Of a stretch of 64,000 bases of DNA, positions 9,372 to 19,162 are shown in pieces. Both the position numbers and the translations under genes were made by a program. The notes under the pieces were generated by a model. The model did not search any database. It was given only the letters and a program-made list of their open reading frames with translations, and was not told where the DNA came from. The number at the start of each line of letters is the position of its first letter. Position 1 is the first letter of the stretch. This DNA comes from a virus (Duplodnaviria; Heunggongvirae; Uroviricota; Caudoviricetes). Where the stretch lies: positions 24,286-88,285 of the IMG/VR virus record IMGVR_UViG_3300032167_000002; one strand, 5' to 3'.

Positions 9372-9817
9372 TTTATTTTAAGATTTTGGCAGCCACACCC
9401 ATATTCACGCATACAACCATGTTCTACGTGATAACATGGGCAACCTTGCGCGCAGGTGGCTTCAACGCGCTTGGGGTTCTGAATTTGTTGCTGTACTACC
9501 ATATTGCCTTGGCGTTGCTGAACCATCACATACGCTGGCTCCTGGCAGGTTTCGTCGGTATTGAACCGACATTGGATTACTTCCTTGCAAGTTTTGCAAG
9601 GGTGGCCGGTCGCGCAATTGTGGCAGAAAAGATGGAATACTCCATTTTCCTCTTGGAGGTAGCTATTGCTGAGAATGAGATTACCACAAATCTCACAAAT
9701 TTTGAGTTCTGTGGTAAAATACGGACAACCGCTTTCGTCCTCCATATTCGCATTAAAGACCGGGCACATCCCATTTTTTAGCGCCTTGAGGGCGCAGTCG
9801 CCGCATTTTCGTTCCAT
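9356..9817 (-). CDS. Cys-rich hypothetical protein
   Basis: Many Cys in CxxC clusters; SD AAGGAG. Confidence 0.7.
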   Translation of the reverse strand: MERKCGDCALKALKNGMCPVFNANMEDESGCPYFTTELKICEICGNLILSNSYLQEENGVFHLFCHNCATGHPCKTCKEVIQCRFNTDETCQEPAYVMVQQRQGNMVVQQQIQNPKRVEATCAQGCPCYHVEHGCMREYGCGCQNLKINWRNK

Positions 9818-9826
9818 ATTTTCTCC

Positions 9827-10180
9827 TTAGCAGTAACAATATGTTACGATATAGATGTTTGGATGACCCCACTTAGTATTGATTTCTTCAATGCTAATGC
9901 CGCAGTCAACCAACATTGCACCATACTTGGCACCAAATGTGCCGTCGTCCTGTAAAACAGGCAAAGTCGCCAGAGTTTCGAGGCTTTTGGCATCGCCCCA
10001 ACCGTCGAGTTCATAGACCATCTCACCGAAGAACCATTTCTCGTCCATATCGTAGCAGAACATTTCGTCCATAATTTCGTTATAGCGCTGAGGATTAGTG
10101 TCTTCGAGATGGCCCATTAACTCTTGTCTTTCTCTCTCAGAGAGAATATAACCTACGCCAACAAAAGTTCCGAAATCCAT
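9827..10180 (-). CDS. Hypothetical protein
   Basis: Start behind GGAGG; packed. Confidence 0.65.
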   Translation of the reverse strand: MDFGTFVGVGYILSERERQELMGHLEDTNPQRYNEIMDEMFCYDMDEKWFFGEMVYELDGWGDAKSLETLATLPVLQDDGTFGAKYGAMLVDCGISIEEINTKWGHPNIYIVTYCYC

Positions 10181-10425
10181 TATGCTTCCTCCAAGCAAGT
10201 CTTAATCTTTTCCCACACTTCGAAGGAAACGATAGGGCACGCATCAAAGAGTTCCATATGCTGGATTTCCAACAGGTTATCACCGTACAGATGCTGCTCC
10301 AGATACTGGACCGCACTGGTAAAATCATTGGCGAAACAAAAACCGTGTTCAACTTTATCCTGGTTGGCTACATCGTCAACGACGAGAACACGGAACATAC
10401 AAATAAAATTAAAGTCCTGCATCAC
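10180..10425 (-). CDS. Hypothetical protein
   Basis: Packed ORF. Confidence 0.6.
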   Translation of the reverse strand: MMQDFNFICMFRVLVVDDVANQDKVEHGFCFANDFTSAVQYLEQHLYGDNLLEIQHMELFDACPIVSFEVWEKIKTCLEEA

Positions 10426-10876
10426 GCTCTACTCCTTTCGTACAGGGGGTATCCAGGTCAACCGGCTCATTGTCCAGGCCGCACAGATACGTATTCAAAA
10501 CTTCATCGTAAAAAGAATTGTCACAATATTTACAGATGAGTGTATCACTGGGTACCTTATCAGCACAATCGCGGCAAATTCTATTGGCGTGTTTATAGTC
10601 TTCCGCAATCACGATAGTCCATCGTTTCCAATGGTATTGCGGGTCGTCGGTGATATCACCAGTAATATCGTAGATACGACCGTCAATTTCGGTTGCAAAG
10701 TGGTTTATGACTTCATCGTAAACGGGAGTTGTGCAGAATGGACCGAAACGCTTACGCAGGATAGTCATAAACTGATAACACATTCCGTTGGAAAAACAGT
10801 CTACGACTTGCGGCCCGAACTTCTGGAACTGCTCGATGAAGTTAATGATTACATCATGCTTCGTTTCGAGTTTCAT
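10409..10876 (-). CDS. Hypothetical protein
   Basis: G-C-Y...H...YDITG pattern; SD GGAGG. Confidence 0.7.
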   Translation of the reverse strand: MKLETKHDVIINFIEQFQKFGPQVVDCFSNGMCYQFMTILRKRFGPFCTTPVYDEVINHFATEIDGRIYDITGDITDDPQYHWKRWTIVIAEDYKHANRICRDCADKVPSDTLICKYCDNSFYDEVLNTYLCGLDNEPVDLDTPCTKGVERDAGL

Positions 10877-11141
10877 CTACTCTGATACCTCCATATATGC
10901 GGTCCAGCGCCCGCAGTTTTGCCATTAAGTCGAAGTTATCAAGGCTTCCACCTTCGCCGTTCATACCTCTTTGGATTGCGGCTGCCACGATTTCCGGTAC
11001 GAAAAAGCCAGGTACGAGATATTCTTTTTCGGCGTGAGCATAATCAATACGCACGATTGTACCCTCATCACACTCTTCACAGTTGATATCGTACATCGGG
11101 TCCAGATGAATGATTGAGGAGCCAATTCTCATTGTTTTCAT
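10854..11141 (-). CDS. Hypothetical protein
   Basis: Packed ORF with SD AAGGAGG. Confidence 0.65.
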   Translation of the reverse strand: MKTMRIGSSIIHLDPMYDINCEECDEGTIVRIDYAHAEKEYLVPGFFVPEIVAAAIQRGMNGEGGSLDNFDLMAKLRALDRIYGGIRVDETRNEA

Positions 11142-11428
11142 TCTTCATCCTCCTTCGGACAGAAAGCATCATATCGCACATTCAGTACGATATGATGGAG
11201 CTCGCCGCATTCAATCCAAGCGAAAGATACGGATGCACCGCTTTCATCAGGATAAGAATCCCAGATGCAGTTCCACTTGACGCGGCAGGACAGGAGGAAG
11301 GACTCCACGGCCCGCATACACTTCTCGGTGTACTCCTTGGAGGACACGATGAAATCCGCACGGTCAATTAAGTTGTAGATGCCATCTTCAATGGCGGAAG
11401 GGGTGAAACCCGCAGAACCGATAGCCAT
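11138..11428 (-). CDS. Hypothetical protein
   Basis: Start behind GGAGG. Confidence 0.65.
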   Translation of the reverse strand: MAIGSAGFTPSAIEDGIYNLIDRADFIVSSKEYTEKCMRAVESFLLSCRVKWNCIWDSYPDESGASVSFAWIECGELHHIVLNVRYDAFCPKEDEE

Positions 11429-11711
11429 ATAGTTTACCTCCAAAGTCGATTTTTTCAGCCTTTTTCTTTCGACGAGAGAAAATGACGGGAAACGATTTTT
11501 ACGGAGTCCGTCAGCAATCTTTCATCTTTTATCTTTATCTCTTTCTTTACTTTACATATATATTATATCATAAATTTTTTATAAAATCAATTAGCAAATA
11601 AATAGTTGCGGTTTGGAGAATCGTAGTGTCTAGGGGTCCAGAGACGAGAGATTGGTTTAGCTGACATAAAAGCGCTTTGGAGCCTCCCGGCCGCAAACTT
11701 TAAATGAAAAA

Positions 11712-11858
11712 TGTTAAAAAATTAGACAGCTATATTTTTGTTAAAAAATTAGACTTCTATGTATTTGGTTAAAAAAATAGACATCTATATATTTGTTAAA
11801 AAAATGTGTTAAAATTTTGTACATCTATATAAAATGTTAAAAATTTAGACTTCTATAT
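11712..11858 (+). repeat. Iteron-like direct repeats TGTTAAAA(A/T)(A/T)TAGAC-N2-CTATAT at 27-28 bp period
   Basis: Copies start at 11712, 11739, 11767, 11807 and 11835, with a partial copy at 11794. Confidence 0.8.
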
Positions 11859-11917
11859 CGTGGGTAAAACTTGTTAAATGGTTAACAACTTTTCTTAAGA
11901 ATAGTTGGAAGGGAGGT

Positions 11918-12538
11918 GTGATTGTGTTAAAGATTCAACCAAATTCAAGACAGGTTCCCAAGGCTAAAGATATTTGTTCGAATAAAAAGTATTATGATAT
12001 TCTTTATGCTTATCTTCAGTGTATCTCAACAAGAGATGAGAAGAGCGGAACTAGATATTTTTCAAAGAAAGATATAAATTTTAGTAAGCTTGGTGAGATG
12101 TTTAACTTATCGAGACAGACGGTTTCAACGAAGTTTAAGAATCTAAAGGAATTGGGTTTAGTTGTTGAAGCAGGAAAAGATACATATAGATTAGTTGAAT
12201 TAAGTGCTGATTTAGCTTCTTTGGTTCCATATGGGACATTAAAGTTAATTACAGACACTTTAAGTGAGAATTCTATTTCAACTTATATTTATTTATTGAA
12301 TTGTTATTATGCTAATGAGTGTCGTCCGTTTTAGTTTACATTAGACCAGGTAAAGAGTTATATTGGAATTAGCACAAGCACGAGAAGTAATAATGATACC
12401 GTAACGAATATCCTGTATGTATTAGAAAAGGTGGGGCTGATTAAGTATTCATTGACTACAATGAAACAAGAGGCGGACACTTTTCAAAATGTGAAAACAA
12501 TTTATCAATTAGACTGGTTAACTAATACGTTGAATTAA
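11918..12538 (+). CDS. Winged-helix DNA-binding protein, candidate replication initiator (206 aa in code 15)
   Basis: HTH-like FSKLGEMFNLSRQTVSTKFKNLKELGLV. The frame continues through TAG 12332-12334 to TAA 12536-12538. Confidence 0.65.
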
Positions 12539-12540
12539 AG

Positions 12541-12600
12541 TGTTAAAAATTTAGACGCATGAGTGTTAAAATTTTGTACATACTTTGTTAAAAAAATAGT
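12541..12600 (+). repeat. Three more copies of the TGTTAAAA.. repeat directly after the HTH gene
   Basis: tgttaaaaatttagac, tgttaaaattttgtac, tgttaaaaaaatag. Confidence 0.75.
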
Positions 12601-12703
12601 ATCCTTATAAATAGAAATAGAGAACTGTCAATCGTAAGAGGCTTTAAATGTCCCTTCGGGCCATTTAAATCCTCTATACGCGGGGCCGGAGGGAGGTATA
12701 GAA

Positions 12704-12922
12704 GTGATTATCTTAGATGAAAACAAATTAAGAAATGGAACTATTCGGATGATTGGAGAAGATTATGGTATGGAATTAAGTTCTCCAATTGAACATCCAG
12801 AATGGTATGAACAAGAAATCGATATGATTGTAGATAAATTTAAGTTTGATATTGATAGTTTCAAAGAAAGATTAATTGAAACTATTAAAAATGGTATTAA
12901 AGTAGAATTGAAGGTGAAGTAA
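12704..12922 (+). CDS. Hypothetical protein
   Basis: SD GGAGG; GTG start. Confidence 0.6.
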   Translation: MIILDENKLRNGTIRMIGEDYGMELSSPIEHPEWYEQEIDMIVDKFKFDIDSFKERLIETIKNGIKVELKVK

Positions 12923-13113
12923 TGGAAGGTTTTGAGATACCTAAGGGAGCAGTAAAATTCGCTATGGGTAGTTATGATAAATTACCAGAGAATGTGGTAG
13001 AAGTGAAGGTATATATGCGAAGTGGAGACCCAAAGATGTATATAGTACCAATTTAGAAAAATGAATCGAAAATTGAAATTGAACCTTTGCTAGATAATCC
13101 ATTTTTAATTTGA
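12922..13113 (+). CDS. Hypothetical protein, 63 aa (one in-frame TAG)
   Basis: TAATG coupling to the upstream gene; reads through TAG to TGA. Confidence 0.55.
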
Positions 13114-13204
13114 AAATTAAAATAAAATTTTGTATAATAATAGTAGGAAGAAAAACTGATTTCAAAATCTCGTTTGAAAATCTGAAATTGAAATCAAAAA
13201 TGAA

Positions 13205-13759
13205 ATGAAAATCGAAAGGAAAAATGAGATGACATTTGATTATAATACTTTAAAAAGAGCAGCTAGAGATGGATTAAGACTAGGTAACTGGAATGGTAAG
13301 GCTGTATTTGCTGCTCCCTCTAGTAGATTGGATAACTTGGGAAGTGGTGCTTATTATATTCTCTATGATGATGAGAATAAGATTGTCGCCAAGACCAGCA
13401 ACGGATGGAAGAGTTATGGTGAGGTAAGTGAGAGTGGTAGTGTAAGCGAGTACAGTAGTGTCCGCACTTATAGAACTCCCGCAGAGACAGCAGCAGCCGC
13501 ACGCAAGGCTTCTACTTCTGGAATGAGATACAGTAGTGAACCCATTCCGCAGGCTACTATGACTGTAAGCTATGCGGATTCCGCAGGAACTGGAGGTACT
13601 TACTCTCCTGGATATAACAGAACTGAAAGACCTGTGGGAGATGTGAAGCTGGGCCTTGATGTTGAAGGCACATTGAAGAAGGCAAGAGAGATGACGGTTG
13701 AGAGCCTCTTGGAGGGATTCTTGCCGGAAGTTGATTTTGGCGTAATGGCTAAAGGTTAA
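13205..13759 (+). CDS. Hypothetical protein
   Basis: Follows a rightward promoter near 13110-13140 and ends before converging hairpins. Confidence 0.7.
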   Translation: MKIERKNEMTFDYNTLKRAARDGLRLGNWNGKAVFAAPSSRLDNLGSGAYYILYDDENKIVAKTSNGWKSYGEVSESGSVSEYSSVRTYRTPAETAAAARKASTSGMRYSSEPIPQATMTVSYADSAGTGGTYSPGYNRTERPVGDVKLGLDVEGTLKKAREMTVESLLEGFLPEVDFGVMAKG

Positions 13760-14048
13760 GTCACTTCGCTTCGCTCGTGACTTTAGGGGAACACTGTAAT
13801 GGTGTTCCCCCCTTTTTTTGCTCTTTTGGAAGAAATTGTGTGTTTTGCGGAGGTTTTGCGAGAGTGTGGTGGCCGATCGGCCCCAGGTATATGAATCGTA
13901 TTTTCCACGTCCCCGTCACCGTTAAATTCACATATAAAAAAATAACTCCCAGACCTTTGACAATCTGGGAGTTTCTTTCATAATTCAATTTGCCTGCTCT
14001 TGGTCTTCGTAGCTAGCTATAGAATAAACAGACGTCTTTCTCATCACA

Positions 14049-14516
14049 TTAATTAAACATCTTGATAAAATCGGCCAGAATTTGCTCGTCGCTCTTTGCC
14101 ACAGGAGTAATTCTGCCGCTCGCAGGACCAGGGTGATGAAGACGCACTGAGCCGCTCTTGTCGGAGTCCAGCTTAGCCTCCAGGTCCGCAAACATCTTCT
14201 TCAAATCGCGCATGGCCGCAAACATCTCAGTGAAAGCCGCAACCAGCTGGTCCATTTCCTCGTCGGAAAGGGTCATCTCATCGGGGTCCATACCCTCCAA
14301 AATAGCCAGCTCCTTGATGATATCGACCATCTCTTCAATTAGGTCTCTCTTGGTGGCTTCCTTCTCTACCTCAGCCTGCTTTGCGGCCTCGGCCTCTAGA
14401 GCAGCATTGTGCTCGTCGATAGCGGCATTCATCATTGCGGCAATCTCGTTGCCGATAGCAGTCATATCCTCACCATTCTGCAGACGGGTCAGGAAATAAT
14501 TCTTATCAATAACCAT
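14049..14516 (-). CDS. Hypothetical coiled-coil protein
   Basis: Own promoter (14552-14580); SD AGAGG. Confidence 0.7.
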   Translation of the reverse strand: MVIDKNYFLTRLQNGEDMTAIGNEIAAMMNAAIDEHNAALEAEAAKQAEVEKEATKRDLIEEMVDIIKELAILEGMDPDEMTLSDEEMDQLVAAFTEMFAAMRDLKKMFADLEAKLDSDKSGSVRLHHPGPASGRITPVAKSDEQILADFIKMFN

Positions 14517-14897
14517 TGGTATATACCTCTTTCTTTTCTTATTGTATTATTATTATACAAAAAAATTTTATAAAAATCAAATGGCCGTTCGGCCTTGATT
14601 TTTATAAAAAAATATGTTATAATATTAAAAAAACATATTTTTACCGGTCGGCCCGCGTATATGCGGGCGGTTTTTGTAGGACCGGTCGGCTCCCGACCGG
14701 GGCTCACTTTACGGGAAAATTAAGTGCATATGAAAAGTCGCTAGAAGTAGCAAAAAATTTGCATATGGGGTGTACCGGTCGGAAAATCGGGCCTTGGCCT
14801 CCGTCCGCGGCCCGTTGAACCCCACCATTATTATACCATACCGGGCCGCACTTGTCAAGTGGTAAAATGAAAAAAAAATGAGACCCCTGCGGGGGTC

Positions 14898-15095
14898 TCA
14901 CCACCAATTCGGACCGAGGTCATCCAGCGTATAGCGGTCTTCGACTTCCGCAATGTCATCGAAAAACTCGCCATCCTCGCAACAGTTACAGCAAGCCACA
15001 TCGTCTGTGGTTTCCTGCCCCACATGGGTACACCGCATGCATCTATTTTCTGCGGTGGGCTTGGGGTTAATGAATCGGGTTTTCTTATTCTTCAT
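14898..15095 (-). CDS. Small Cys-rich protein
   Basis: CxxC...CCxCC; C-terminal LGPNWW. Confidence 0.6.
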   Translation of the reverse strand: MKNKKTRFINPKPTAENRCMRCTHVGQETTDDVACCNCCEDGEFFDDIAEVEDRYTLDDLGPNWW

Positions 15096-15222
15096 CCCAG
15101 TCATCCTCCTCACAGGGTGCTTTGCCGAAGCCATCGAAATGACAGCGGGGGTAATCTTCGTCCTCGTCCTGCCAGTAGTAGCCACAGCCACTATCAGCAC
15201 AGCCCAGATGCTTTTTGCTCAT
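15085..15222 (-). CDS. Small Cys-rich acidic protein
   Basis: MSKKHLGCADSGCGYYW...; overlaps its neighbours. Confidence 0.5.
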   Translation of the reverse strand: MSKKHLGCADSGCGYYWQDEDEDYPRCHFDGFGKAPCEEDDWDEE

Positions 15223-15340
15223 TGCCTTTGTCCTCGCTTTCTTTGGGGTTGGTGTTGGATTCTTCTTGGCATCCGCATCTATCGCATCGGCTTTCGTCAA
15301 TGTCGGTGCGCCAGTAGTTATCACATTTCAGACAGTTCAT
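15194..15340 (-). CDS. Small Cys-rich protein, 48 aa (not in ORF track)
   Basis: ATG behind promoter 15370-15398 and the AAAGGAACTGATAC leader; MNCLKCDNYW...CDRCGC. Confidence 0.6.
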   Translation of the reverse strand: MNCLKCDNYWRTDIDESRCDRCGCQEESNTNPKESEDKGNEQKASGLC

Positions 15341-15444
15341 TGTATCAGTTCCTTTCCTTTGATGAACTCATTATAGCACATTCTTGGAGATTTGTCAATA
15401 GGTTTTTGAAAAATATTTTTCGCCGGGGTTTCCACTCCCTGCCT

Positions 15445-16050
15445 TTAGAAAGGCAGTTCGTGGTGTTCCGCCGCCCACTGGCAAGCGATTTTGTTGTATT
15501 CCTCTGTGATGGAAGGAATGTCGATGAAAGAGCGACTTGCCATGTAGTCCGCCATGTGAACACATCTGTCCACGCTGGTGAAAGGTCTGTCCTCTCGTTC
15601 AGTAGACCATTGACCCATGTGACTTTCAACTGCGTTCAGCAGAAGAAAATGGGGAGTAAAATCGAACACCTGTTCGCACCAACCTGCAAAAGCCTTGCTT
15701 GCGTTTCTTGCGTGGTTCTTGTATTCTGCCTTGTCAAACCAATCGACACCATACTTTGCGGTATCATGGATGATACAAGCCGCAATTACGAAGTCCTTGT
15801 ACTCGTCTTTCATGTAGGCGTAGGAACTCATGCGGAGCAGTTCTTCAGCGAACATCACAACCGCCTTGGTGTGACGAACCAGACCGCCGATGCCCTGCGA
15901 AAACTGGGGATGATACTTGCCAGAAGAGGAAGCACCATCTGTCCAGAAGTAGTCAGGGGTGGCTTCTTCCATGTAAGACTTGACCGCCATACGCAGGTCT
16001 TCATTGACAATCAGATTGATTTCACGCTCAAACAGTTTAATGGTTCTCAT
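15445..16050 (-). CDS. HD-domain phosphohydrolase
   Basis: H(TKAV)...IIHDTAKYG...HMGQW...VHMADY metal-binding motifs. Confidence 0.85.
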   Translation of the reverse strand: MRTIKLFEREINLIVNEDLRMAVKSYMEEATPDYFWTDGASSSGKYHPQFSQGIGGLVRHTKAVVMFAEELLRMSSYAYMKDEYKDFVIAACIIHDTAKYGVDWFDKAEYKNHARNASKAFAGWCEQVFDFTPHFLLLNAVESHMGQWSTEREDRPFTSVDRCVHMADYMASRSFIDIPSITEEYNKIACQWAAEHHELPF

Positions 16051-16136
16051 AGTAAATTACCCTTTCTTGTGGAGCACTCGCTCCCTTGATTACATACTTA
16101 TTATAGCACAGACTTAATAATTTGTCAAGCACTTTT

Positions 16137-16307
16137 TTAATTTTCATTGGAAAAAGGAACACAAGCTAAAAGCTCATTAGACGCTAATTCGATAATGTAT
16201 CGATACATGGTTGCATCGTCATGGAGAGTTCCCCCAAAAGATAAAACAGTATCAATAATAACTTTGTGCAATTCAGCTTTAGCCTTGCGCATTTCTTCTG
16301 CGGTCAT
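16137..16307 (-). CDS. Hypothetical protein, 56 aa (not in ORF track)
   Basis: SD AGAGGTGAGG and its own promoter. Confidence 0.6.
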   Translation of the reverse strand: MTAEEMRKAKAELHKVIIDTVLSFGGTLHDDATMYRYIIELASNELLACVPFSNEN

Positions 16308-16496
16308 TTGCCTCACCTCTTAGGATTAGTATACCACCAATTGCGGGAAAAATCAAGATGACAAACTGCACAAAAAATTCGATTGGAAATTTACGGGGAC
16401 TAGTTATTTTGACGAATTCCGGGCGCCACACTCGTTGGCGCACGGCGCAAAAAAGCCCCTGCCCCACGAATTGGGGGCAGGGGGAGGAAGGGGTCA

Positions 16497-16865
16497 TCAC
16501 TGGATGACCCTGAAGAACGCCTTGCGCTTCTCCTCGATGCGCTCGACAGACACACCAATCATGCCACGCACGATGGCGCTCACTCGCTGATTAGTCAGCT
16601 CTGCGCAGGCAGGCACTTCCTTAATCAGCTCAGTGATGGAGAACAGACGATTGGGGTCTGCGCTCATGTGGGACAGAATGGCTTCTGCCACACCAGCATT
16701 GGCGACCTGCTGGGCAGTAGGCTTCTTCTCAGCAGAGTTCTTCTTCGCCAGGAGTTCCAGCTCATGCTCGATGAACTCGACCAGCGCAAGGTTGGACTTG
16801 ACCTCAGCCAGGGTCAGCAGGGTGTTGAAATGGTCCTTCTTAGTCAGCTTCTTAGTGTTTGCCAT
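16497..16865 (-). CDS. Probable winged-helix protein, paralog 1 of 3
   Basis: LLAKKNSAEKKPTAQQ...ITELIKEVPACAELTNQRVSAIVRG shared with 18032-18400 and 21070-21429. Confidence 0.75.
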   Translation of the reverse strand: MANTKKLTKKDHFNTLLTLAEVKSNLALVEFIEHELELLAKKNSAEKKPTAQQVANAGVAEAILSHMSADPNRLFSITELIKEVPACAELTNQRVSAIVRGMIGVSVERIEEKRKAFFRVIQ

Positions 16866-16974
16866 AGTATCAGTTCCTTTCTGGTTTTTTAGGGTTTTCC
16901 TTCCCTTGATTACATACTTATTATAGCACATGGTTTTGAGTTTGTCAAGAGGTTTTCAAAAAATATTCGCGACT

Positions 16975-17175
16975 ATTTTTTTTATTCCCACAGCATCCTT
17001 GCGCTCACTGGACTTGTTTCTGCCCCCTGCCTTGAGTCTACTCGCACCCTTTCGTTGCTCACCACTCACCCTAGTAGGGGGGAATCTTGCGTAGGAGTTG
17101 TAGAGTTTCAATTCGCCTGTGTCTGTTTCCACCATCTGTTGCGGTCTTGCCTCGAAGGAGTTCCCCTCTTGATTA
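16975..17175 (-). ncRNA. Candidate structured ncRNA (promoter-led, no SD/ORF)
   Basis: About 200 nt between promoter 17184-17212 and the next promoter; purine-rich with short stems capped by TTCG/GAAA/GCAA. Confidence 0.35.
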
Positions 17176-17543
17176 CATACTCATTATAGCACATCTTGTG
17201 CTGTTTGTCAAGTGGTTTTTCAAAAGTTTTTTGAAAAAGTTTCGGTGGTCTGATTGGTGGGACAATCTAACCCCTCTGCCCAACATTTTTCAACCCTCTG
17301 CGCCGACCCATCTGCGGGGGTTTACTTCATCCCCTTGACACTACTAATTATAGCAGATTTTTAGGAAAATGCAAGTGGTAATGTTGTACAAATAATTGGG
17401 TAAAAAACTTGTTGAACTTGTGCATTTTGCCGAATACCGGGCCGCACATCTGTGTGCGGCCGGCCGATTTTTGTGCAAATTGCACAAATTTAAATTTAAT
17501 TTGGAAAAAATAACGAAAAAATCGCCCTTTTGGGGCGATTTTC

Positions 17544-17915
17544 TCAACTTTTTGGCTTGCGTTTCTGCACAAGCGTCAGTTCGTAGGCATTTTCACCAAC
17601 TTTTAAGGCGATTTGACGCTCTTTATTGGTGATTTCGACCATTTCGTAGCCATTTTCAGCCAAAAACTGAGCAATTTCGGCAATTATCGTGGCTTTTGTG
17701 GGGTTTTCCTTGCGTTTTCGCTCGGTTTTCTGCCCATTTGTCTGCCTTGTGCCAGTATTTGCGAATTTTTTGGCTTGCTTTTCGGCTTCAGGTGAGAGGT
17801 CAAAAGCCATTCGCTCACCTCTGTCGATTGCCTTGTCGTCTGCGATAATCTGTTCGGCTTCTTCTTTGGAGCATTTCAGATTTCGCATAATGCGTTCGAC
17901 TTGACTTTCTGCCAT
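17544..17915 (-). CDS. Hypothetical protein, DDKAIDRG family, paralog 1 of 2
   Basis: EEAEQIIADDKAIDRGERMAFDLSPE matches 20585-20944. Confidence 0.75.
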   Translation of the reverse strand: MAESQVERIMRNLKCSKEEAEQIIADDKAIDRGERMAFDLSPEAEKQAKKFANTGTRQTNGQKTERKRKENPTKATIIAEIAQFLAENGYEMVEITNKERQIALKVGENAYELTLVQKRKPKS

Positions 17916-18031
17916 TGGTTTACCCCCTTTCTGTACTTACAGTATAGCACATCTTGGGCGGTTTGTCAAGACCTTTTTTGAAATTCCGTGCCCCATTTTG
18001 GGGGGGCTATTGCCCCCCCTTGGGGAGTGGC

Positions 18032-18400
18032 TCAGCGAATGGCTCTGAAATAAGCCTTTCGCTTCTCTTCCACACGCTCCACAGAGGTGCCGATGAGACC
18101 ACGCACGATTGCGGACACTCGCTGATTGGTCAACTCAGCACACGCAGGCACTTCCTTGATAACCTCAGTGATGGTAAAGAGGCGGTTGGGCTGGCTCTGG
18201 AGATGAGCCACGATGGCTTCGCCGATGGAAGCATTGGCGGTCTGCTGAGCAGTGGGTTTCTTCTCAGCGGAGTTCTTCTTGGCGAGCAACTCCAACTCGT
18301 GCTCGATGAACTCCACGAGCATTGCGTTCTCCGCAACAGCGGGGATAGCCTTGAGCATTGCAAACTTCTGAGCCTTGGTAATCTTCTGAGTAGTAGCCAT
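18032..18400 (-). CDS. Probable winged-helix protein, paralog 2 of 3
   Basis: Shared motifs as in paralog 1. Confidence 0.75.
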   Translation of the reverse strand: MATTQKITKAQKFAMLKAIPAVAENAMLVEFIEHELELLAKKNSAEKKPTAQQTANASIGEAIVAHLQSQPNRLFTITEVIKEVPACAELTNQRVSAIVRGLIGTSVERVEEKRKAYFRAIR

Positions 18401-18815
18401 AGTATCAATTCCTTTCTGGTTTTTAAGACTGTCCTTGTCTTTGTGTATTTATTATATCATAGGTTGAGCGATTTGTCAAGAGGTTTTTTTGATTTTTTTG
18501 AAAATCTTTTTTGAACCTTTGGCTTTCTCTCTCCCTTTGATGTATTCATTATATCACATCTTTGGGGGTTTGTCAAGAGGTTTTTTTAAGTTTTTCAAAC
18601 TTTTTTTCGGTCTGTCCGCTTGGGTCTCTCCCTTACTGACATAGATAGTATACCACATCCAAAAGCGAATTGCAATAGGCAAACTGCACAAATTACAGGA
18701 AAATTAAAAAGATTATTTTGTGCAACATTTCCTCTTGACAAATTGTGCGGGGCATGGTATAATGGTAAATTCGGCCGGGCACAGTCGCGCCCGGGCCGCG
18801 CAAAAAGCGAGGGTT

Positions 18816-19094
18816 TTACTCCTCGCTTTTCACCAGCTTCCGCACTTCGCCCAGAAGCTTCTTGATTTGTGCCATCTTTTCGTAGTCGTCCACGCAGGTT
18901 TCGATGGTGTCCACCAGATGGTCAATTTCGCCATTCAGATTGGCTTCGTACTTGCGGAAGCAGACAGTATCTCTGCCATCGATGAAGATTTCGAGGGGTT
19001 CGCCCTCGCGGATGCCCATTGACCGACGGATTTCTCTGGGGATAACCACTCTGCCGAGGTCATCAACTCTGCGGATAATTCCAGTTGCTTTCAT
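18816..19094 (-). CDS. AbrB/SpoVT-family transcriptional regulator
   Basis: MKATGIIRRVDDLGRVVIPREIRRSMGIREGEPLEIF is the canonical AbrB/SpoVT N-terminal domain. Confidence 0.9.
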   Translation of the reverse strand: MKATGIIRRVDDLGRVVIPREIRRSMGIREGEPLEIFIDGRDTVCFRKYEANLNGEIDHLVDTIETCVDDYEKMAQIKKLLGEVRKLVKSEE

Positions 19095-19162
19095 TGTATC
19101 AGTTCCTTTCCTCTTGGATTGTCTTAATTATAGCACATTTGGTGGAGTTTGTCAAGACCTTT

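Larger units (their letters stand above)
148..14580 (-). promoter_or_regulatory. Eight near-identical leftward sigmaA-type promoters (TTGATT-N17-TATAAT)
   Basis: Plus-strand ATTATA-N17-AATCAA at 148-176, 1928-1956, 4157-4185, 5156-5184, 7119-7147, 7463-7491, 11562-11590 and 14552-14580, with a near-identical A/T spacer. Several lie just past a hairpin terminator (e.g. 1980-1996, 5185-5213, 7148-7174). Confidence 0.85.

Noticed and set aside
11712-11858. Repeats as a CRISPR mini-array
   Set aside because: The period is only 27-28 bp with no unique spacers and no cas genes; they fit iterons better.
13761-14047. Minus-strand ORF 13761..13988 or read-through from the 14049 gene
   Set aside because: The upstream gene ends in TAA, there is no SD, and the ORF runs across terminator hairpins.
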